Source of the DNA: Patescibacteria group bacterium
Lineage (GTDB): Bacteria; Patescibacteriota; Patescibacteriia; UM-FILTER-42-10
DNA: 64,000 nucleotides
Assembly: GCA_041666485.1 (NCBI GenBank)
Contig: JBAYGW010000002.1
Location: forward strand, 7,711-71,710
Direction: 5' to 3'
The notes beneath the pieces are model-generated. The model was not told the DNA's origin. It ran no database searches and saw nothing but the letters and a program-made list of their open reading frames with translations. Position numbers and translations under genes: made by a program. Shown here piece after piece: positions 49,223 to 56,868 of the stretch. The first letter of the stretch is position 1. Every line of letters starts with the position of its first letter.

Positions 49223-50799
49223 AGCTTTTTGATTATCCCTCTTTCCGCATCAACCGATATCTTATCGCCATCTTTCAACAGTTTATCACAATCTGCTACA
49301 CCGACCACGCATGGTATTTTCATTTCTCTGGCTACAATCGCAGTGTGACAGGTCAGCCCGCCGGCTCCGCCAATCAACGCTGATGCCTTTTTCATGGCCG
49401 GCACTAAATTCGGGTTGGTGTTATGAGCAACCATAATATCGCCCTGCTTCATTTTTTTTATATCTTCTGGTATGTTAACTATTTTTACAATTCCTTTGAC
49501 TTTACCGGGATAAGCACAGGTCCCGGAAAGCTGTTTTTTGGCATAATTTGGCTTTTTCAGATTAATAGATTGCATAAACTGTACCGCCTGTTCTCCTGTC
49601 ATGACTTTATTTGCAAATCCCGTTTTTCCTTTTCGTTGCCAGTAATCAACAGCTTTCTTTAGCCTTTCATTCAGAATATGTGGATCAACCTTACCACCTC
49701 TCAGTACAGTAATTATTTCACGTGATTTTAAAGCCTGAACTTGACTTACCGATAGTCCAAATCTCTTTCCTACTTCTTTAAAAATATTTTCATAATAATA
49801 CATCGCATTGTACAGCGCATCTTTACGGAAACTCTTGATATAGACCATTTGCCGAGCCATTTTTAAGATATTTTTTTCATGCTTTGAAAATCCCATCTCA
49901 CTGGTAAGCCTTTTCTGCTCTTTGAATAAATCATTTCTATCATTTTTCTTTTGATTTAACATCGCTTGCGGATCTTTTCTTTCACGCAAAAATGCCTGCC
50001 AACGAACTAAATAATCTCCCAGAGGATAAGCTGGACCTTTGTATTGATAGGTAATCGGACTAAATTTATAATAATGCTGATTGATACTTCGCTGAATTTG
50101 TGGATCAATTCCTGATAAATTATTTATCAGGCTTTTCAAACTAGACTGGACAAAAACCTCCCTTAGCTTTCTTTTTTTACTAATCATTAATGCAATTTTT
50201 AGAAAGCTTGTTTCCTCCTGATCAAGCAAGCTGCGTTTAACCGGCGAAGTAAGGATGGAAAAAATCCTTGATGCGCTTTCTTGTATTTTTGCTTTGTTTA
50301 ATTGTTTTTGCACTATTTTCAAGATTGCCTTGGTCAACAGTTGTTCTCCGGCATCCACATGCCAACTTACGCTAGTTGCATATCCATGACTTTGCATGTG
50401 AACTTTGCGAATTTCTGCCATGAGTTCAGCAATTTGCAGATTGCTCATTTTTGATAGATTCATTCTTTTCACTCGGTTCATTATTCTGAAGAATTCTTGA
50501 TTTGCCTCCTCAACTTTTTTCATAATTCCCAAGGCCCATTCTGGTTTTTTTATCGCCTTATCTGCTAGATATCTGCACTGTGTATTAAATTCTTTTTGCA
50601 CATAAATCATTTGGGAGAATTCACCGTCAAAATATGTGAAATATTCTTTTTCAAAATTACCTGCCCCCTGTTTTGGATATACAGAAAAAAACGCCTCAGC
50701 CGGAATTTCCATCATAAAGATAGTGTTCTGGGGGATGCCCTCAACCGCTTCCCATATTTTTTTGCTGGTTGTATTAGGTTTTATTCTTTTCTTTTTCAT
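49219..50799 (-). CDS. PEP-utilising swivel-domain protein, paralogue 6
   Basis: GTCAYPG...AGGLTCHTAIVAREMKIPCVVG; N-domain contains ITYQYKGP and YIKSFRK. True start is ATG 50799, since the track start lies inside the tRNA. Confidence 0.9.
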   Translation of the reverse strand: MKKKRIKPNTTSKKIWEAVEGIPQNTIFMMEIPAEAFFSVYPKQGAGNFEKEYFTYFDGEFSQMIYVQKEFNTQCRYLADKAIKKPEWALGIMKKVEEANQEFFRIMNRVKRMNLSKMSNLQIAELMAEIRKVHMQSHGYATSVSWHVDAGEQLLTKAILKIVQKQLNKAKIQESASRIFSILTSPVKRSLLDQEETSFLKIALMISKKRKLREVFVQSSLKSLINNLSGIDPQIQRSINQHYYKFSPITYQYKGPAYPLGDYLVRWQAFLRERKDPQAMLNQKKNDRNDLFKEQKRLTSEMGFSKHEKNILKMARQMVYIKSFRKDALYNAMYYYENIFKEVGKRFGLSVSQVQALKSREIITVLRGGKVDPHILNERLKKAVDYWQRKGKTGFANKVMTGEQAVQFMQSINLKKPNYAKKQLSGTCAYPGKVKGIVKIVNIPEDIKKMKQGDIMVAHNTNPNLVPAMKKASALIGGAGGLTCHTAIVAREMKIPCVVGVADCDKLLKDGDKISVDAERGIIKKL

Positions 50800-50805
50800 A
50801 TTATT

Positions 50806-50861
50806 TGGTGCCCCCATGAGGAATCCCCGCCAGAGGCGGGTGCGCCTCGGGCGCAGAACCT
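50806..50861 (-). pseudogene. tRNA 3' fragment interrupted by a 30-nt double hairpin
   Basis: Minus strand reads AGGTTC[30-nt insert 50826-50855]GATTCCTCATGGGGGCACCA, i.e. T-loop, acceptor strand and CCA. Confidence 0.7.
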
Positions 50862-50880
50862 TTAACTTAATACTCCAGAT

Positions 50881-50957
50881 TGGTGTGCCCGACAGGACTT
50901 GAACCTGTGGCCTTGAGATCCGGAATCTCACGCTCTATCCAACTGAGCTACGGGCAC
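50881..50957 (-). tRNA. tRNA-Arg(CCG)
   Basis: Minus strand GTGCCCG-TA-GCTCAGTTGGATAGAGC-G-TGAGA-TTCCGGA-TCTCA-AGGCC-ACAGGTTCAAGTCCTGT-CGGGCAC-ACCA. Confidence 0.96.
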
Positions 50958-50962
50958 ATGAC

Positions 50963-51682
50963 TTAAATTTTATAAAAACTTTGATCAAAAGTTAAGTTTC
51001 TCTCTTTTGCCGCCAATTCTTTGAATCGTTTCCAGTTGGCGGGGACTTTTTGCCAGGCTAATGGATCCTTGAGTTGTTCAATAATCAAATCCCCTAATTT
51101 TTTACTGATAAATTTATTATCAGCCGCATATTTCATCATTTCCGGCCAGGTAAAAAGAGCGATGAATTTATATTTTTTATTTTCCCTGAGCCAACGTTGC
51201 GGTTTACGGTATTTTGGTCCATAAAATGCATCCATAATCACGATGATGCCTTTAACCTTCAAACCAGCCGCTGTTAATGTTTTAATAATTTCTTTTTTAT
51301 CCCCGCCTGTTGACATCGCATCATCAATAACCACCACGCTTTGGCCTTTCCGATACATACCTTCAATTACATTCCTAGTATTGTACCCTTTTGGCTTCTT
51401 CCTTAGATACAGGAAATCTTTTTTCAAAATACTGGCCACTGCTACACCGTAAGGCACCCCCGCCGCTTCTCGGCTGGCAATCAGATCCGACTTCACACTT
51501 CTTGCTGATTTTGCCAGTTCTTGGGTCAGTATACTAAAGACCTTATTCCGGGAGAAGGCCTTGCGGTGGTCTGGATATAAGGGAAAATGTCCGATACGCG
51601 GACTAATAAAGTTCCCTGCCATAAAATATCCTTTGAATAACAATGCTTTCGCTGCCCGCTTATTCATATTATATTCTGACAT
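50963..51682 (-). CDS. PyrE-like type I PRTase, paralogue 3
   Basis: PLYPDHRKAFS, IASREAAGVP, YLRKKPKGY..IEG and VIDDAMSTGGD. Confidence 0.85.
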   Translation of the reverse strand: MSEYNMNKRAAKALLFKGYFMAGNFISPRIGHFPLYPDHRKAFSRNKVFSILTQELAKSARSVKSDLIASREAAGVPYGVAVASILKKDFLYLRKKPKGYNTRNVIEGMYRKGQSVVVIDDAMSTGGDKKEIIKTLTAAGLKVKGIIVIMDAFYGPKYRKPQRWLRENKKYKFIALFTWPEMMKYAADNKFISKKLGDLIIEQLKDPLAWQKVPANWKRFKELAAKERNLTFDQSFYKI

Positions 51683-51737
51683 TGAATCTTATAAATTTAT
51701 TTCATCCAGAGAATATTCAGAAGACCGCCAGTAGTAT

Positions 51738-52412
51738 TTACTTTCCTGAGTCAGTGAAACCCTCCGATTTTGCCAGTGATACAAACTCATTCCACTTTTT
51801 ATTATCCTTTTGCCATACCTTCAAATTTTTCCAGATATCATACATATAATCGCCCAGCTTTTTTGAAATATAGCCGTTCTTAACCATATACTTCACCAAG
51901 TCATTATGTTTCACAAATGAATGTATTTTAATTTTATTTTTGGCATAAAACGGAATATATTCCACCCCGGCATCATAAAGCACCAACACATCGCTTACAA
52001 CCAGACCTTTTCTCTGCAGTGTCTTGATAAAACGTTCCTTTGTACTGCCGGTACCGATCCCGTCATCTACCACTAATACATTTTCACCCTTCCTGTATAA
52101 TCCTTCCAATAAAGTTACTGTTGAGCCGTCCTTTTTTGTTTTCTGCCTGAGATAAATAAACGGTTTATGGGATGCTAGCGATACAGCCATGGCCAGCGGA
52201 GTACCGGAAACCATGGTGCCGGCCACTAAATCAATCTTTTTTCCTTTCATAAAGTCGGCGATTTCTTCTGATACCACTTTCATTTTATCCGGATGGGAAT
52301 AGAGCCGTTTACTGGTAATATAGATCGGCGACGGCTCGCCAAGTGATCCATAAAATTTACCAAAGACAAAAAAACCGAAATCACTGAGTAGCTTGGCGAT
52401 ACGTTTATTCAT
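51738..52412 (-). CDS. PyrE-like type I PRTase, paralogue 4
   Basis: SPIYI..K.LYSHP, VAGTMVSGTP, YLRQKTK and VVDDGIGTGST. ATG at 52412. Confidence 0.85.
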   Translation of the reverse strand: MNKRIAKLLSDFGFFVFGKFYGSLGEPSPIYITSKRLYSHPDKMKVVSEEIADFMKGKKIDLVAGTMVSGTPLAMAVSLASHKPFIYLRQKTKKDGSTVTLLEGLYRKGENVLVVDDGIGTGSTKERFIKTLQRKGLVVSDVLVLYDAGVEYIPFYAKNKIKIHSFVKHNDLVKYMVKNGYISKKLGDYMYDIWKNLKVWQKDNKKWNEFVSLAKSEGFTDSGK

Positions 52413-52483
52413 ACGGACAATAATTATTAGAGTATTAGATAGCAACTACTATCATAATGGATTTTCTGCTTTTTGAAAACCCT

Positions 52484-53218
52484 TCATTTCCTCATATCAT
52501 CCACTGCATTAATTACTGACTGCGGAATCTGACATTTTAATTTATTCAAGACCTCAAAATAAACATCCCATTTTGATACATCCTTCTGCCAGACTTCCGG
52601 ATGCAGGGCATAATCCATAAAATGCGGATAGATTTCCTTATCAATTTTTCCCCGTCTGTATAAACCATCAATTAGTTCTTCCCAGGTAAAAAGATTATAA
52701 ATGGGTATACCACTAACTTCTAAATTTTCTCTTGCTTCGTTTTTAGTAAAATATTCTGCCATAGTTTTAAAGATCATGGCCAGAGCAACAGTTACCACGC
52801 CGTCATGCTTCATATTTTCAACAAACAATGTTTTAGCTTCCCCCTTAGCCATCAGATCATCTACCAGAATCGCCCGGTCGCCCGGTCTGGCCCGTCCGGA
52901 AATGTAAGTATCCTCGCCTCGGCCACGCTGCTTTTTCCGAACGTAACTGAAAGGAATCCTAGTTTTATAGGATAAAAGCGTTGCTAATGGCATGCCGGCC
53001 GTTTCTGCTCCTACAATCAAATCAATTCCGTGCCAGTCAACCAGCTTAAGCAGTTCATCGGTAACTAAATCCATAAGCTCCGGATTGGAGAACGCTTTTC
53101 GATTATCCGTCTGTAACGGAATCGGCCCGACTGAAACGACTACCGGATATTCACCAACCAGATTAGGCGTGGCCGCATATAAATCAAAAATTTTTTCTTT
53201 AGTTTCTTGGTTAATCAT
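52484..53218 (-). CDS. PyrE-like type I PRTase, paralogue 5
   Basis: DNRKAFSNP, IVGAETAGMP, YVRKKQR and LVDDLMAKGEA. Confidence 0.85.
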   Translation of the reverse strand: MINQETKEKIFDLYAATPNLVGEYPVVVSVGPIPLQTDNRKAFSNPELMDLVTDELLKLVDWHGIDLIVGAETAGMPLATLLSYKTRIPFSYVRKKQRGRGEDTYISGRARPGDRAILVDDLMAKGEAKTLFVENMKHDGVVTVALAMIFKTMAEYFTKNEARENLEVSGIPIYNLFTWEELIDGLYRRGKIDKEIYPHFMDYALHPEVWQKDVSKWDVYFEVLNKLKCQIPQSVINAVDDMRK

Positions 53219-53329
53219 GGTTATTCTAATTACTTTTCCTTGTTTTATTTTAGCATGAAATCTATTATTTTGTACTGGTTAATAATTAACTGACGAAATT
53301 GATTCCCATACTAAGTACTGTCGCAGGAG

Positions 53330-53358
53330 TTGACAAAAGCGAGAAATAGGTGTATAAT
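53330..53358 (+). promoter_or_regulatory. Consensus sigma70 promoter of GC-rich cassette 2
   Basis: TTGACA (53330-53335), 17 nt, TATAAT (53353-53358). Confidence 0.8.
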
Positions 53359-53522
53359 TGTCTGTTAAAATTTATTCTCTTTTGGAGAGAATGCGGGCAC
53401 TCTCTTGCAAGTGAAAAATTCATTTTCAGCAGAGTGCCTACTTTACTGGCACATTGACATAAAACACAACCAGTCCAGAAATTCTGGCTGGTTTAGAATC
53501 ACCACTGTCATGGAGGTAACCA

Positions 53523-54125
53523 ATGACGAAGCGAGTATTCGTCCAGGGTGATCGTGATCCTGGCGTAGATCTCTCCGCATGCGCGCTGAAGACTGCTCAG
53601 CTCCTCAAGCAGAGTGGCTGGGAAGCGAACGTCGGCGCGTACGGCGGACTGGTTCGGATCTTTGAGGAGTCTGGCATGCGCTGCCATGCGCATGTTATGG
53701 CACCTCGCGGCAGGGAAGTTCAGTTCAGCGACTGCATCGTGTCGGTCACGGACTGTAACCAACTCGTGCGGTCTCTCCCGGCGAATATCCGCTGGGGAGG
53801 CGAAGCCGACCAGATTCTCACTTGGGGGCTCCGTCTCAGCGTCTGGATGGCCCATTCCGATGCCTTCATTTTCTTCGCCGGCCGGGAAGGCACGATGGCC
53901 CATCTCGTGCCGATCCTGGCCTGGAACCGCAAAGTTCTGGCCAAGGAAGGCCGGGCCAAGAAGGTCGTCCTGATCGGATGGGACAAGCTGCAGCGGGATG
54001 CACTCTACACCTTGGGATTGATCACAATCCCGGAAGGTGATTGGGCCTCCGATGACGCGGAATGGTTCCGCACATACTCAATGTACAACGTTGAGGGAGC
54101 CGTCAACTTCCTCACCGAGGAGTGA
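53523..54125 (+). CDS. Divergent LOG/SLOG-superfamily protein (GC-rich)
   Basis: GGAGGT RBS; GAYGGLV and R...MAHSDAFIFFAGREGTMAHL resemble the LOG signature SDAFIALPGGxGTxxE. Confidence 0.6.
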   Translation: MTKRVFVQGDRDPGVDLSACALKTAQLLKQSGWEANVGAYGGLVRIFEESGMRCHAHVMAPRGREVQFSDCIVSVTDCNQLVRSLPANIRWGGEADQILTWGLRLSVWMAHSDAFIFFAGREGTMAHLVPILAWNRKVLAKEGRAKKVVLIGWDKLQRDALYTLGLITIPEGDWASDDAEWFRTYSMYNVEGAVNFLTEE

Positions 54126-54131
54126 CAACAC

Positions 54132-54263
54132 ATGGACTTCATCAAGCCTCTCCTGCTGGTGGTGTCACTAGTGTGTTTGCTGACTGCGGCGAAGGACCAT
54201 CGTGGTGATGGACCGCTCGCCAAAATCGGCACCCTGCTCCTTATCGTTGGCGCTATGGCGTAA
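54132..54263 (+). CDS. Small hydrophobic protein (43 aa)
   Basis: Below the track cut-off. GAGGAG RBS overlaps the upstream stop; MDFIKPLLLVVSLVCLLTAAKDHRGDGPLAKIGTLLLIVGAMA*, followed by a terminator. Confidence 0.55.
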   Translation: MDFIKPLLLVVSLVCLLTAAKDHRGDGPLAKIGTLLLIVGAMA

Positions 54264-54286
54264 GCCTGGGGCGCCCTCACCCTTTC

Positions 54287-54328
54287 CCCCGCGTGTCGTA
54301 CTGATTAGTTTCGGTACGATGCGCGGGG
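54287..54328 (+). terminator. Stem-loop terminator
   Basis: CCCCGCGTGTCGTACTGA / TCGGTACGATGCGCGGGG followed by TGTTTATTTT. Confidence 0.7.
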
Positions 54329-54331
54329 TGT

Positions 54332-55378
54332 TTATTTTGTCAAAATATCTGTATACCAATCAGCCGTTTTGTTTTCACTTCTGGTTATTAAAGCCAATCC
54401 GGTTTCTCTGATTTTTGCCTCCAATCGTGGCTGATTCTTATAATATGACCCGGACCGACCATCAGTTCTGGAAACCATATATACCCCGGTCCAGACAGTG
54501 ATTCGCCTAATAATCCCCTCAATCTCTTGAGCAGAAATGCCGAAGGATCTCATTGTTTCAATGTATGCTTTGTTAAAATATTTAATGAAATATCGGCAAT
54601 CTCTGACAACCTGCTCATTGCCTTCTAATAACTTGATTACCCAATGTGCTAGAAATATGCCATTATCAAAAGCCGGATCATGATGTATGGCAAAATCAAA
54701 ATCTAACACCGAAAAATTGTATTTACTGACAAAGATATTTCTATGCACAGGATCGCCCCAAATGAAGGCCTTTTTGGCTTTATCAGATTGGTTGGTGAAT
54801 TTACTGATTACTTCCTTGGCCACAAGTTTTTTAGCACCAAACATAACCCAATCCCGCCATATGCCATGAATTCTTTTTTGCCAATCAGCACCATCAAATG
54901 CAAGCGGTGTATTATAGGTTTTTCCATGCAGTGTGCCAAAAAAAATGCCAAATTTTTCTGCTAGCTGAGGATACACTTTATGTTTATCAAATTCTTCAAC
55001 CAAGATCTTCTTTTTTCCTTGTATATCATCCATCACCAAAATATAATTTTGAAGATCAATATATAAGACCATTGGTACAATTTCTTTGCCGAGTAATGAT
55101 TCTAATAACCTCAGTTTTTCACCTTCAATTATTACTCTTTCCGGATCTACGCGAATTCTCCTGTTTCTCTTAACATACCCGTCAGACTGTTTCAAATACA
55201 AAATCTTTTTACCCCGACTGGTAAGACAGTTCACCCGATAGACAAAACAGGCATTGGTATATTTTGTTACCTCCTCTACGCTAGTTACTTTTTTTAATTC
55301 AAAAGAAAATTCTTTCGCTGCTTGAGTGAGCAAATATTCAGCAATGTTTCCTTCAGTTAGAAAAAATCTTTTTCCCAT
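54332..55378 (-). CDS. APH/choline-kinase-like phosphotransferase, 5-methylthioribose kinase (MtnK)-like
   Basis: LYLKQS..YV, RV.PER...E, WGDPVHRNIFV (HGD-type loop) and LDFDFA..DPAFDNG.FLAH. Confidence 0.7.
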   Translation of the reverse strand: MGKRFFLTEGNIAEYLLTQAAKEFSFELKKVTSVEEVTKYTNACFVYRVNCLTSRGKKILYLKQSDGYVKRNRRIRVDPERVIIEGEKLRLLESLLGKEIVPMVLYIDLQNYILVMDDIQGKKKILVEEFDKHKVYPQLAEKFGIFFGTLHGKTYNTPLAFDGADWQKRIHGIWRDWVMFGAKKLVAKEVISKFTNQSDKAKKAFIWGDPVHRNIFVSKYNFSVLDFDFAIHHDPAFDNGIFLAHWVIKLLEGNEQVVRDCRYFIKYFNKAYIETMRSFGISAQEIEGIIRRITVWTGVYMVSRTDGRSGSYYKNQPRLEAKIRETGLALITRSENKTADWYTDILTK

Positions 55379-55422
55379 GATATTTTCATCTTAGCGCTTG
55401 CCCGACCGCTTGTAAACCCAAG

Positions 55423-55445
55423 AAAAAACAGCCTGCTAGGGCTGT
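55423..55445 (-). terminator. Rho-independent terminator
   Basis: Minus strand ACAGCC-CTAGCA-GGCTGT followed by a T-run. Confidence 0.5.
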
Positions 55446-55488
55446 CTCTAAAATAAGGGGGTAAACTCTCCGCCTACTTTTATTGATT

Positions 55489-56832
55489 TTAAACTGGTTC
55501 CGGTATAGATAATTTCACACCGTTATCTTCAACGTCCTGCCACACGTATTTTCCGCTGACCAAATCGCCATACACCATCCCCTGCACGGAAGTCTCACCT
55601 TTCTCCACTAACATATTTTCCAGCTGTATGCCGAAACGGGCGGATTCCGGGTCGCTCAGATTCATTTTTTCTTTGAAAATATTTTGTAGAAAAGCGCTGA
55701 GATACGGAGCGGTAAATCCGTTGCGTTGAAAATCGGCCATAACTTCCGGTTTATATTTTTTCTGCAGTAGAGCTTTGGTAAAGAAACTGATTCTTTCATT
55801 CAACTTTAGCTCTTCAATCAAATCCCCCTTCTCCGCTATAAACCGCAGGGCCGCGACCGCTTTATATTTATCTTTCTGGTCAACTGCTGACATGAATATT
55901 TCAACAATTGCACTTAAATTACCATTATTCAACTGCTCCAGGCCGGTTTCTGCATCATGAATCATAATTCTTTCCCCTTCGGAACCGAGGAATTCTTCAA
56001 TCAGTTTTTCACGCTGTTTTTCCGGATCAATATTCTCTGCAGGAATTGGTTTCACTGAAGTAACCACCTCTTCTTCAACCATATGCCCGGTAGTCGGCGT
56101 ATAAAGCGGGGTCGGAAAGCGCAGATAATCATAAACGCGGATGACTTTCAGTATCAGATTTTTTTCCGCCGGAGCGAGATTACGTACATTTTTACCCTGG
56201 TTGATATAGCTCACTTCTTCCACAGGCGAATGCAAGCTGGATGAATTAAAAAACGCTTCAAAATCAACCAGCCAATTACCTACTGTCGGCTCTTTCGTCT
56301 GCTTCGGACCGTCATCTAAGTTATAAGCACCACCGATCGGCATTTTACCGATTTTTTCCTTGTTCTCCCTGATACTCTGAATCAATCGCTGACGTAAGAC
56401 CACCAGTAAATCAAATGGAAACCCTTTAAACACCATCATATTGTAAAACAGCTCTTCAACCGGTAATTCCCAAAGAAACGCTTTAACCAAAAAATTTCTT
56501 AATAGCCAGGTGATTTCCAGTTCGCCGCGGACAGGCATAGTTCGGAACATACCATAAACCACCAAGTCCTGGTATTTCAGATATAATTTCGGATCCTGTT
56601 CCTGAAAACCTTTGATCAAATTCTGCAGAACAAAAATCATTTCCGATGAATCACCCAGTTCCATGCCGAATTGCGGATCTATAAAAGTTATAAAAAGCCG
56701 TTCATATATCTTCTCATTTTTCAGATCTTCAGCGGATATTTTGCGGATGGAGTCCGGGGTAAACAAAACAATTCGTTCCTGAACGATTTTATTCACTATA
56801 TCTTCGCGTAATGGAATTGAATTTAAATCCAT
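55489..56832 (-). CDS. Conserved hypothetical protein downstream of the VirB6-like gene
   Basis: Long clean ORF with PTVGNWLVDF and L..VYDYLRF blocks. No function recognised. Confidence 0.6.
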   Translation of the reverse strand: MDLNSIPLREDIVNKIVQERIVLFTPDSIRKISAEDLKNEKIYERLFITFIDPQFGMELGDSSEMIFVLQNLIKGFQEQDPKLYLKYQDLVVYGMFRTMPVRGELEITWLLRNFLVKAFLWELPVEELFYNMMVFKGFPFDLLVVLRQRLIQSIRENKEKIGKMPIGGAYNLDDGPKQTKEPTVGNWLVDFEAFFNSSSLHSPVEEVSYINQGKNVRNLAPAEKNLILKVIRVYDYLRFPTPLYTPTTGHMVEEEVVTSVKPIPAENIDPEKQREKLIEEFLGSEGERIMIHDAETGLEQLNNGNLSAIVEIFMSAVDQKDKYKAVAALRFIAEKGDLIEELKLNERISFFTKALLQKKYKPEVMADFQRNGFTAPYLSAFLQNIFKEKMNLSDPESARFGIQLENMLVEKGETSVQGMVYGDLVSGKYVWQDVEDNGVKLSIPEPV

Positions 56833-56868
56833 GATCAATTTGATATTAAATAACTGAAAATAAGATTA

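Noticed and set aside
49219-50931. 570-aa ORF as given in the track
   Set aside because: The N-terminal extension runs through tRNA-Arg(CCG) and a tRNA relic. ATG 50799 gives a size matching the paralogues.
47919-53218. De novo pyrimidine operon (pyrE)
   Set aside because: No pyrB/C/D/F genes are nearby and the five copies are divergent, so the gene symbol was withheld.
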